Shown here: piece by piece, positions 46,527-54,848 of the stretch
Numbering within the stretch: the stretch's first letter is position 1
Layout of the letters: every line of letters begins with the position of its first letter
From: an uncultured bacterium
GTDB lineage: Bacteria; Electryoneota; Electryoneia; Electryoneales; Electryoneaceae
Direction of reading: 5' to 3'
NCBI GenBank assembly: GCA_964538455.1
Contig: CAZIDZ010000003.1
Coordinates: 46,843-110,842, forward strand
Length of the DNA stretch: 64,000 bases
Made by a program: the position numbers and the translations under genes
The notes under the pieces: generated by a model
Seen by the model: the letters and a program-made list of their open reading frames with translations, nothing else
What the model was told of the DNA's origin: nothing
The model's database searches: none

Positions 46527-46726
46527 GAATCGAATCTCCGCAAGTGGCGTTCGTTTTCAAGTTTTTTCTGGAATTTTCCCGGAGTGCCGGGTTCGACTCC
46601 ATGAGTGGCGTTTCAGGTTCGGTTGGAAGGGTTGACCGCTTCTATAGGAATGCCGCGCTGTCCTCGACGAAGACGAAACGTGCGAGACCGCCGTCTCCTG
46701 TTCACCCTTTCCGATAACTGTGTTTT

Positions 46727-47338
46727 TCACTGAGAGGCCATGTTTTTTCGCACCGATGCAGTAAACGCGACAGTTACCTGCTGGACTTCGCCAAGCCGCA
46801 TCGTCAGGAACTGGGGCCGGGGAATGGAATAGTCCGCGAGCCGAACCGGAAATTTCGCCGTGACTTGCAGTCGATCCCCGTCTCGATTCCACAGGGCATC
46901 CACCTGCACAACGATCCTCCGGGTCATCCCGTGTAACGTAAATATCCCCGTCAGAATAAGTTTTGCCGGTTCGCCCGAGGCGAGGGAATCGGGCCCCTGT
47001 TTCACCGCTGTCGGCACAAAAATACTCACCGGGTACAGATCTGTCTGCAGGTGATTCTTCTTCATGTGGTTATCGCGCACTCCCAGCCCCGTTGTCAGGT
47101 CTCTCATCTGCACCGTTAATGTGCCGGTGACACCCGCGCCGAGATTCCCGGGTTCCAGGGAAAATAGGCCACTCAGTTGGTTTGTGGTGCCGTCGAAGGT
47201 TTCAAGCGGCGCAACCGAAACGAAGGTTACCATGCTGCTGTCCGGCGTCACCACGAATGTCGTCGGTTCCGCTTGGAGGCGCAGCGCGGGGAGCAGGAGC
47301 AAGAGGCTTGAAGCTGCAATCAGGGTTTTCCGGTTCAT
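46727..47338 (-). CDS. YceI-like periplasmic protein
   Basis: Signal peptide 'LLLLLPALRLQA'. 'VRDNHMKKNHLQTDLYPVSIF' and 'LTGIFTLHGMTR' match YceI-family blocks. Confidence 0.85.
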   Translation of the reverse strand: MNRKTLIAASSLLLLLPALRLQAEPTTFVVTPDSSMVTFVSVAPLETFDGTTNQLSGLFSLEPGNLGAGVTGTLTVQMRDLTTGLGVRDNHMKKNHLQTDLYPVSIFVPTAVKQGPDSLASGEPAKLILTGIFTLHGMTRRIVVQVDALWNRDGDRLQVTAKFPVRLADYSIPRPQFLTMRLGEVQQVTVAFTASVRKNMASQ

Positions 47339-47356
47339 CAGGGGGGCTCCCGGTTG

Positions 47357-48457
47357 TCAGTACCACAGGTGAATCATCACCTCGGCGGTCAACGTGTTGT
47401 CAAGGGGATTACTGACGTATTCTACGCCGGGTTCCACCGCGAGATAGCCTGTGGGAATCCACGCGAGCGAAGTGCTCGATCTCCACCAGCTGTCGTTCGC
47501 AACGTTCCGGTCCGGGTCGTAGTAACCGATCCGCTCTTTCACGTACCAGCCGCGTTTGACTCTCCAGCTCAAAAGGTTGCTGACCGTGAAAGAGCCCTTT
47601 CCCTGGGCGATCCAGTCTGCTTCTCCGAGGACGCCGAGTCTGCCCGCCTGCACGCCGTAGAACAGTCCGCCGAGACGGGTCAACTGTCCCGAGGTTTGCC
47701 CGAGTTCCTGATAGCGCCAGCTCGCTCCCAGCGTCGAAGACAGACCGCTGAGCTGGAAACGGGATGCGCCCCGAAGAGTGACCGTCTTGCTGTTGTTGAT
47801 GTCTATCGGGGTGGTCGAAGGACCGTTCGTCAAGGCCCCGGTCATCTCCCAGTGTTCCCCGACGAGACCCCCTTCGATGCCGTCCTCGCGCTGGCTGACG
47901 CCCTGCTCTCCGCCAAACCCGGTGAAACGGCGGGTGAACGCCCGGTGGTCCGCGAAACGCCACCCGAAATCCGGCATGAATCGCCCCACCTTGAAGAACG
48001 GACCGCCCAATCCGGCGTTCAACTGTGCGTACGCTTCAAAGCCGGTGTACAGACCCTTGTCGAAAACGACCGAGACATGGTCGCTGGGGGTGAAGGTGAG
48101 GTAGAGGCTGCCTTGCATCGTCACAAAACTTTGGGAGTCGAGGCTTGGATTTTTTTCCGGGTGGGCGTAGTAGAACAGGTCGCGAAAGTCGAAGCCGAAA
48201 CTGATCTTGTTCCCCAGGGAGGATTGCAGAGAATCGAGCGAGGCGAACGTCAGAGGTTTCGCCGGCAATTCCATATAGCTGAAATATTGGCTGCCGTAAG
48301 GATTTCTTGCGCCGCTCCCTGTCACGCTGTAATGGCACAGCTGGCAGCTTTGTCCGTACGCGACACTGTATTCCGGTAGCGCTTTCAGATTGCCCGCCAG
48401 GGAAAACACCAGGGCGACGCAGTAAGCAGCCGCAAGAACACGCCAGAGCACTCTCAT
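47357..48457 (-). CDS. outer-membrane fused monoheme cytochrome-porin candidate (Cyc2-like architecture)
   Basis: Signal peptide and one 'CQLCH' (48332-48346) near the mature N-terminus. About 320 aa of amphipathic beta-strand pattern follows, ending in 'MIHLWY'. Start placed at ATG 48457. Confidence 0.7.
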   Translation of the reverse strand: MRVLWRVLAAAYCVALVFSLAGNLKALPEYSVAYGQSCQLCHYSVTGSGARNPYGSQYFSYMELPAKPLTFASLDSLQSSLGNKISFGFDFRDLFYYAHPEKNPSLDSQSFVTMQGSLYLTFTPSDHVSVVFDKGLYTGFEAYAQLNAGLGGPFFKVGRFMPDFGWRFADHRAFTRRFTGFGGEQGVSQREDGIEGGLVGEHWEMTGALTNGPSTTPIDINNSKTVTLRGASRFQLSGLSSTLGASWRYQELGQTSGQLTRLGGLFYGVQAGRLGVLGEADWIAQGKGSFTVSNLLSWRVKRGWYVKERIGYYDPDRNVANDSWWRSSTSLAWIPTGYLAVEPGVEYVSNPLDNTLTAEVMIHLWY

Positions 48458-49276
48458 CGCTGGGTTCCTTTCAACGTCCTTGTCACGGTGACAGGCACTC
48501 GAACCCACAAAGGTAAGGTGTTTCAACATCAAACGGTTTTTGCAAACCTGGAAAGTGAGTTGATCGGAGACGATGGCCCGACAGGGAGGCACGCCGTTGC
48601 CCTAGCCAGGTTGCTGCTGCGGAATAAGTCGGACGAACGAGGTAATCGAGGCGACGTAAAGCGGCACCGTGGTGGTAAAAGACATCCCCCGGCCCTGTTG
48701 GGGACCGAGGGACGTTTCAAACCCTGCGAAATCCGAACTTTCCTCACATACGCCGGAGCCGGTTCAACGTATGGCCTTGGAATCTGTCCGAATCCCTACG
48801 GGTTTGACCGAGAATTGGGATTGGTTGGTTGACACTCCATGCGTTAGGGGTACACGGAATGTCACAAATGACAAGGAACCAAACACAACAGATCCATCAG
48901 CATCTTTGCAAGGGATATGCCAGCGTCGTATTATAATCCTTACGCTCGAAATATCAGTTAGATAGTGTGGTTCCTCGTGCTGCATCGCTGGTGAAAACAT
49001 GTAGGAATATGCTACAGCGCGACAGTCCTGTGAGTTTCGATACGAAGCATCGGTTGGCGGGACAGACGTTTCTGTCACGGGCCACGAACTACCACCCTTT
49101 TCTTCGTACTGTTACACTCGACGCTTGAAACCGCCCTATACTAACGATCGGCATCGGTGGTCTGGCCCGTGCAGCTTTGTCCCGGTTCTCGTGGGCGAGG
49201 TGATCCGGCTTTCCGGGCGTTGCGCGGCATACGTGATCTGGGTATACTCCGGCTGTTTCAACCCATTGGGGGAGCG

Positions 49277-50155
49277 ATGATTTTCAGCCTCACCGGCTAT
49301 GGCCGGGCGGAAGTGGAAGACGGGGACCTGCGGCTCAGCGTGGAAATCCGCAGCGTCAACAACCGATTCCTCGAGATCGGCGCGAAATTGCCCCGCAGCC
49401 TGGCCAATCAGGAGATGGAACTGCGGGCGCAGGTGCGAAACCATGTGGACCGCGGAAAGATCAACCTCTTCATCCAGGAGGACCGCTCCACCGTCCGCCA
49501 GGCGAAGCTCAGGTTCGACCAGGACGCCGCCAGGGCCCTCGCGGAGGGATTGCGCGAGCTCGGCGGGAGTGTTGGGGTCAAGGACGACCTCACTCTGGCC
49601 GATCTCGTGCACCTGGTCGAGTGGTTTACCGGGGAAAACGGCGACGAGGATTCCGAACACCGGCTGAAACTGGCGATTCGCGGCATTGACGCGGCCTTCG
49701 ACGAATTCGACAAAATGCGCGCCGAGGAGGGGGAGAACCTGGAAGCCGATTTCCGTCAGCGGCTGGAATCGATCCTGGGTGTGCTCGCGAAGGTGGAAAC
49801 GAAGACCGAGGTCGTTCGCGAAGGGCAGCTCGAAAAACTCCGTGAACGCATCGAACGCTATGTGACGTCGGACCAGGTGGATGAAAGCCGCCTTGAGCAG
49901 GAGGTAGCGTACATCCTGGATCGGCTGGACATCACCGAGGAGATTGTGCGGCTGCGCAGCCATGTCCAGCTTTTCCAGACCGCGCTCGACGACGGCGGAA
50001 GCGTCGGCAAGCGCCTCAACTTCATCCTCCAGGAGATGAACCGTGAGATCAACACGATCGGATCGAAATGCCAGGACGCGGAAACAGCATCCTGGGTCGT
50101 GGAGATGAAGGAAGAGGCGGAAAAGATTCGCGAACAGGTTCAGAATGTCGCCTGA
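49277..50155 (+). CDS. yicC: YicC family stress-induced protein
   Basis: 'MIFSLTGYGRAE', 'IRSVNNRFLEI' and 'QEMNREINTIGSK'. GGGGGAG lies upstream of the ATG. Confidence 0.9.
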   Translation: MIFSLTGYGRAEVEDGDLRLSVEIRSVNNRFLEIGAKLPRSLANQEMELRAQVRNHVDRGKINLFIQEDRSTVRQAKLRFDQDAARALAEGLRELGGSVGVKDDLTLADLVHLVEWFTGENGDEDSEHRLKLAIRGIDAAFDEFDKMRAEEGENLEADFRQRLESILGVLAKVETKTEVVREGQLEKLRERIERYVTSDQVDESRLEQEVAYILDRLDITEEIVRLRSHVQLFQTALDDGGSVGKRLNFILQEMNREINTIGSKCQDAETASWVVEMKEEAEKIREQVQNVA

Positions 50156-50759
50156 GCAGCCACGCCGCAGGGGATGCCTGATTGTCTTCGCGGCCCCTTC
50201 CGGCGCCGGAAAGACGACGATCATTCACCAGGTGATGGAACGAGTCGACGGGCTGACCTTTTCCATTTCTTCGACTACAAGGGCTAGGCGCGACGGCGAG
50301 GTGGACGGCGTCGATTACGATTTCCTCACCGGCGAGGAGTTCGCGGCGGCGCTGAAAACAGACGATTTTCTCGAGCACGAGGAGGTTCACGGACAGCAGT
50401 ACGGCACACGCATCTCGCGGGTTCGGCCGCTGCTTGAACAGGGGAAGGATGTTGTCTTCGACCTGGACGTGCTCGGAGCACTTCAAATAAAACGCCTGTT
50501 TCCGGAAGCCCTGCTTATTTATATTGATGTTCTCTCTACGGACATACTTCGCGACCGGTTGAGAAAAAGGGGCCGCGAAACCGAAAGTGAAATCGATCTG
50601 CGCCTGAAGCGCTACGAGATGGAGCGCTCCAAGGCGCAGCAGTTTGATGTGATGCTGATCAACGATGACCTCGAACGTACCGTGCAGGAGGTGATCGGTT
50701 TGATCCAACGGTTGCGAAACGGCGAAAAAGTCGTTTCGTCACAAGGAGGTAAACCGTGA
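50145..50759 (+). CDS. gmk: guanylate kinase
   Basis: 'APSGAGKTT', 'STTRARRDGEVDGVDYDF'. Confidence 0.95.
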   Translation: MSPEQPRRRGCLIVFAAPSGAGKTTIIHQVMERVDGLTFSISSTTRARRDGEVDGVDYDFLTGEEFAAALKTDDFLEHEEVHGQQYGTRISRVRPLLEQGKDVVFDLDVLGALQIKRLFPEALLIYIDVLSTDILRDRLRKRGRETESEIDLRLKRYEMERSKAQQFDVMLINDDLERTVQEVIGLIQRLRNGEKVVSSQGGKP

Positions 50760-51145
50760 GCCACGAGATGTTTCTCGCCGAGGATTTCCACGGTAAGGCC
50801 GACAACGTTTACGAAGCGATTGTCGCCGTCGCCCGGCGCGCCCGCCAGATCGGCGAAGAGCAGCGCAGGGAGATGGACGCCTATCTGAGCCAGGTCGAAA
50901 TGCTCGAAAAGTTCACCGAGGAGGAAGAGAACTACGACGAGCCTGTCCGTGCCCATGAACCTGTGCTCCAGTTCGAGAAACCGACGATTCTCGCGCTGCG
51001 CGAGATGATTGCGGATAAACTTGACCTCAACCGTCCCGAACTCAGCGAAGAGGAAGCGGAGGCGATTGCCGGGTTCACAAGTGGACCGGAGGAGACGGAG
51101 GACGGCGGCGGCTTTGGAGGCAAACTGGACCTGTCCGAGGAGTAG
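50756..51145 (+). CDS. rpoZ: DNA-directed RNA polymerase subunit omega
   Basis: 'NVYEAIVAVARRARQI'. Conserved gmk-rpoZ-coaBC order. GTGA overlap with the gmk stop. Confidence 0.85.
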   Translation: MSHEMFLAEDFHGKADNVYEAIVAVARRARQIGEEQRREMDAYLSQVEMLEKFTEEEENYDEPVRAHEPVLQFEKPTILALREMIADKLDLNRPELSEEEAEAIAGFTSGPEETEDGGGFGGKLDLSEE

Positions 51146-51148
51146 GCG

Positions 51149-52375
51149 ATGAACGCCGCGGGCGGCCAAGAGGCGAGCGACCTTGCGGGACGCCGTGTAC
51201 TGGTGGCGGTGAGCGGCGGAATCGCCGCCTATAAAGTCGTTGAGGTCGTGAGGAGACTGATTAAGCGGGGTGCGGACGTGCGGGTGATGATGACCCGGTC
51301 CGCGACCCGCTTTGTGCATCCAACCACCTTTGCCGCGATCACTGGCCACCGTGTCGGGCTCGAATTGTGGTCCGAAACGGGCGAGCCCTCGGTTGACCAC
51401 CTCGAACTGCCCCACGGTGCGGACCTGGTTCTGGTGGCGCCCGCTACCGCGAACCTGATCGCGAAAATGGCTCTCGGACTCGCGGATGACCTGGTGTCCA
51501 CCGCACTCGTTGCCGCCGACTGCCCCCTAATCGTCGCTCCCGCGATGAACTCCCGTATGTTCGCCCACCCGACTGTCACGGCGAATCTCGCATCTCTTGC
51601 CGAGCGGGGAGTGCATCAAATCGGCCCGGCGGAGGGGGAGATGGCGTCCCCAGGCGAGCAGCCAGGACTGGGTCGGATGAGCGAGCCCGATGTGATCGTC
51701 GACGCTGTGATCAAGCTGCTGCTCAACTCTGCAAACGGTCCCCTCGCGGGGAAAACAGTGCTGATCACCGCGGGGCGTACGGAAGAACCCCTCGATGACG
51801 TCCGGATGATCACCAACCGCAGCAGCGGTCGGACGGGCGTCGCCCTCGCGGAAGCCGCTCGCAACGCCGGAGCGAAGGTCATCTTCGTGCACGGCGTGAT
51901 GGATGTTCCCGAGCCCGTCGGAGTGGAATGTGTTTCCGTCCAGAGTGCCCTGGAGATGAAGGACGCCGTCGCCGCCCGCGTGAAATCGTGCGGCGCGGTG
52001 ATCTACGCAGCAGCCGTTGCCGACTGGCGCCCCAAGAACGTTTTCGCCGGCAAGATGAAGAAGGAAGGCTCCAAGCCGCCCACCATCGAACTCGTCGAGA
52101 ACCCGGATATTGCGGCGGAAACGGCGGAGTTATGCCCCGGCTTCACGATTGGATTTGCGCTGGAGACTGCCGCTTCCGTCGACAACGCCGAGAAAAAGCT
52201 GAAACGCAAGGGATTGGGCGCTATCCTGTTGAACACCCAAGATGTTATCGGTTCCGAGTCTTCCCAGTTGACCTGGATTCAGCCCGGGCAGCAACCCGAA
52301 ACCTCCGGCGAAGTGAGCAAGCGCGATGCCGCTCGCTGGGTGATCTCTCGTCTCGCCGAACGCATCCACTCCTAG
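51149..52375 (+). CDS. coaBC: bifunctional phosphopantothenoylcysteine decarboxylase / synthetase
   Basis: 'VSGGIAAYKVVE', 'APAMNSRM', 'ITNRSSGRTG', 'AAVADWRP'. Confidence 0.95.
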   Translation: MNAAGGQEASDLAGRRVLVAVSGGIAAYKVVEVVRRLIKRGADVRVMMTRSATRFVHPTTFAAITGHRVGLELWSETGEPSVDHLELPHGADLVLVAPATANLIAKMALGLADDLVSTALVAADCPLIVAPAMNSRMFAHPTVTANLASLAERGVHQIGPAEGEMASPGEQPGLGRMSEPDVIVDAVIKLLLNSANGPLAGKTVLITAGRTEEPLDDVRMITNRSSGRTGVALAEAARNAGAKVIFVHGVMDVPEPVGVECVSVQSALEMKDAVAARVKSCGAVIYAAAVADWRPKNVFAGKMKKEGSKPPTIELVENPDIAAETAELCPGFTIGFALETAASVDNAEKKLKRKGLGAILLNTQDVIGSESSQLTWIQPGQQPETSGEVSKRDAARWVISRLAERIHS

Positions 52376-52456
52376 GCGAATTTGGTTGCCCCGGCGGCGG
52401 GCTGTCGTCGTACCTTCCTCTCGCGGGCCAGATCCGGCTCGAAACATTCTATTGCC

Positions 52457-53350
52457 ATGAAGAACAAGAACATAAAACGAGATACGGCCCGCTTTCTCGC
52501 CCAACGGGCGGAGCGGGGCCGACTGCTCTGGATGCGTCCGGCCGGGGTTCGGCCCTTCGCGGACCATGGTGCTCCGGGGGAGGTTGAAGCCTCAAGCGCG
52601 TCGTCTGCAGAGACTTCTCGGACGCCGATGAAGTCGATGAAGAAAGGCCGGGACCAGGCTGGGCGGGAATGGGCTCCGCCAAGTGTCACCGAACAGGGGA
52701 AGAAAGTGGAGTGGCCGCACGGCGCGCCAGAACCGGAACCGGTGATTCCGCTCCCGGGGCAAGTCGAAGATCCTTTTCCCGATTACGACGATCTGGATGC
52801 CTTCAACGAGGCGATTTCCGGCTGCCACAAATGCCCGCTCGGCGCAACGAGGAACAAATTCGTTTTCGGCGTTGGCGATCCGAATGCGGATCTTGTGCTT
52901 ATCGGGGAAGCGCCGGGGGCCGAAGAAGACAGGCTGGGCGAACCGTTCGTCGGCCGCGCGGGGAAACTGCTGGACCAGATCCTGGAAGCTGTTGACCTGA
53001 AACGGGGGGACGGGGTGTACATCGGCAACATTCTCAAGTGCCGCCCGCCGGGAAACCGCGACCCGATCCCTTCGGAGGTCGAACAGTGTGAACCGCACCT
53101 GGTCAAGCAGCTTCAGTTGTTGCAGCCGAAATTGATCGTATCACTGGGACGCATCGCAGCCCAGACCCTGCTAAGAACCAGTGCGCCCCTTTCCAAATTG
53201 AGGACGAGAGTCCACGATTATCACGGGATTCCGCTGATGGTCACCTTCCACCCGGCGGCGTTGTTGCGCAACCCGCAATGGAAACGGCCGACCTGGGAGG
53301 ACGTGCAAAAGATGAAAAAGCTCCTCGACGAGCTACGCGCAAAAAGCTGA
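52457..53350 (+). CDS. uracil-DNA glycosylase family 4 with long N-terminal extension
   Basis: 'CHKCPL', 'GEAPGAEEDRLGEPFVGRAGKLLD', 'CRPPGNRDP' and 'FHPAALLRNP'. Start is uncertain (52382 or 52457). The ~130 aa before the UDG core are low-complexity. Confidence 0.8.
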   Translation: MKNKNIKRDTARFLAQRAERGRLLWMRPAGVRPFADHGAPGEVEASSASSAETSRTPMKSMKKGRDQAGREWAPPSVTEQGKKVEWPHGAPEPEPVIPLPGQVEDPFPDYDDLDAFNEAISGCHKCPLGATRNKFVFGVGDPNADLVLIGEAPGAEEDRLGEPFVGRAGKLLDQILEAVDLKRGDGVYIGNILKCRPPGNRDPIPSEVEQCEPHLVKQLQLLQPKLIVSLGRIAAQTLLRTSAPLSKLRTRVHDYHGIPLMVTFHPAALLRNPQWKRPTWEDVQKMKKLLDELRAKS

Positions 53351-53395
53351 CAAACCGCCGCCTGCCTGAGTACGTTAGAACACTGGCTGGATGGG

Positions 53396-54847
53396 ATGGA
53401 GATGAACGAACGAGATCGAAATACGAGGTATGGCGACAACGGCGGGGAGCGCCCTGTCAAGGTCCCGCCGAGCGATTACCAGGCCGAACAGGCTGTGCTC
53501 GGCGCAATCCTGCTCGACTCCACCGCGTTTGCCAAGGCCAATGAATTCGTGCACGACGGGTCCTTCTATTGGGAAAAGCACGCGAGGATCTTCCGCGTGA
53601 TGCACCACCTGTTCGATGACAGCCGTCCCACCGACCTGGTCACCGTCTCCGCTGAACTGAAAGCTGCCGAGCAGCTTGAGAACGTGGGCGGCGACTACTA
53701 TCTGACCGAGCTTTCCGAGGCGGTGCCATTCCCGCGGAATGTCGACTATTACGCGAGAATCGTCAAGGAAAAGTATCTGCTCCGCGAAGTGTCTGCGGTT
53801 TCCGAAGAGATCGGGGAGCGGGTGTACGATCCGGCCGCCGAGCCCGAAGAGTTGCTCGACTGGACTCTCGGACGCTATTTCGACCTGCAGCGCCACAATG
53901 AGCGGTCGGGCTATCGCGGACTCGACCACATCTCCCAGGACGCGATGGAAGAGATCGAACGGATCGCCCAGCGCAAGGGATCGTTGACGGGCATCGGTTC
54001 AGGATTTCCGCGCCTGGACGAAATGACCGGCGGCTTTCAGACCAGCGACCTGATCGTTCTCGCGGCGCGGCCGTCGATGGGCAAAACCGCGCTGGCGCTC
54101 TGTTTCGCGTTCAACGCCTCGCGGATCCACAAGATTCCCGTCGGCGTCATCAGTCTCGAAATGAGCGCCAAGCAGATCGCGATGAGGTTGATGAGTCTTG
54201 AGTCGCATGTGCCTCTCTACAAAATCCGCACGGCGAAAGGCACCGACGAGGAGTGGATGCGGATCGGTCGCGCGACTTCGAACCTCGCACAATTGCCGAT
54301 TTTCATCGACGATACGCCCAGCCAGACGATCACCGATGTGCGCGCCAGGGCAAGACTGCTGCGCAGCCAGCACAAGTGCGGGATGATCATCCTCGACTAC
54401 TTGCAGCTGATGCAGCCTCCTTCGGGCGCCGAGAACCAGCAGCAGGCGATCGCGCAGATCAGCAGGCAGCTGAAGGGATTGTCGAAGGAGCTCGAGGTCC
54501 CCGTCGTCGCCCTCTCCCAGCTATCACGAGCGGTCGAGACACGGGGCGGTTCGAAGCGCCCGATCCTGTCCGACCTGCGCGATTCCGGCGCCATCGAGCA
54601 GGACGCGGACGTGGTCATGTTCGTCTACCGCCAGGCTTATTATGACCGCCTCGAAAGGAAGCCGGAGGAAATCGATGCCGGGCCCGTCGACAACACTTCT
54701 GAGGTTATCGTCGCAAAGCAGCGGAATGGCCCCACGGGAACCGTAAAACTCGTTTTCCGCCCCGAATTCACCGAATTCGCCAACCTCGAAGCGAGCGAAG
54801 CCGGCGACGAAGTGCCTGAAGATATTGGAAGTGAGGTGCCCTTCTAG
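53396..54847 (+). CDS. dnaB: replicative DNA helicase DnaB
   Basis: 'PSDYQAEQAVLGAILLD', Walker A 'ARPSMGKTALAL', 'IILDYLQLM' and 'SQLSRAVE'. Confidence 0.95.
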   Translation: MEMNERDRNTRYGDNGGERPVKVPPSDYQAEQAVLGAILLDSTAFAKANEFVHDGSFYWEKHARIFRVMHHLFDDSRPTDLVTVSAELKAAEQLENVGGDYYLTELSEAVPFPRNVDYYARIVKEKYLLREVSAVSEEIGERVYDPAAEPEELLDWTLGRYFDLQRHNERSGYRGLDHISQDAMEEIERIAQRKGSLTGIGSGFPRLDEMTGGFQTSDLIVLAARPSMGKTALALCFAFNASRIHKIPVGVISLEMSAKQIAMRLMSLESHVPLYKIRTAKGTDEEWMRIGRATSNLAQLPIFIDDTPSQTITDVRARARLLRSQHKCGMIILDYLQLMQPPSGAENQQQAIAQISRQLKGLSKELEVPVVALSQLSRAVETRGGSKRPILSDLRDSGAIEQDADVVMFVYRQAYYDRLERKPEEIDAGPVDNTSEVIVAKQRNGPTGTVKLVFRPEFTEFANLEASEAGDEVPEDIGSEVPF

Positions 54848-54848
54848 G

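Noticed and set aside
46589-46600. GGGTTCGACTCC here, and AGGGTTCGAA at 37241-37250: T-loop-like strings suggesting tRNA genes
   Set aside because: The flanking bases cannot form a T-stem, acceptor stem or anticodon arm. I found no tRNA cloverleaf anywhere in the window.
48587-48600. AGGCAC-GCCG-TTGC, a sigma54-like motif in the long intergenic region
   Set aside because: The spacer is one nucleotide too short (GG-N9-GC instead of GG-N10-GC) and the leading T is missing. On the plus strand it points away from the Cyc2-like gene.
48731-48747. Minus-strand GTGAGGAAAGTTCGGAT resembling the RNase P RNA P4 strand (GAGGAAAGTCCGG), with nearby GGATTTCGCAGGGTTTGAAAC vaguely resembling a tmRNA 5' region
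   Set aside because: The other universally conserved RNase P blocks are absent nearby in the right order (GGTAAGGGTGAAAGGGTG, AGCAAGGCCAAATAGG, ACAGAACCCGGCTTA). I also found no tRNA-like T-arm/ACCA end or ..ALAA-type tag reading frame. I treat it as chance similarity inside the long non-coding region, which is reported separately.
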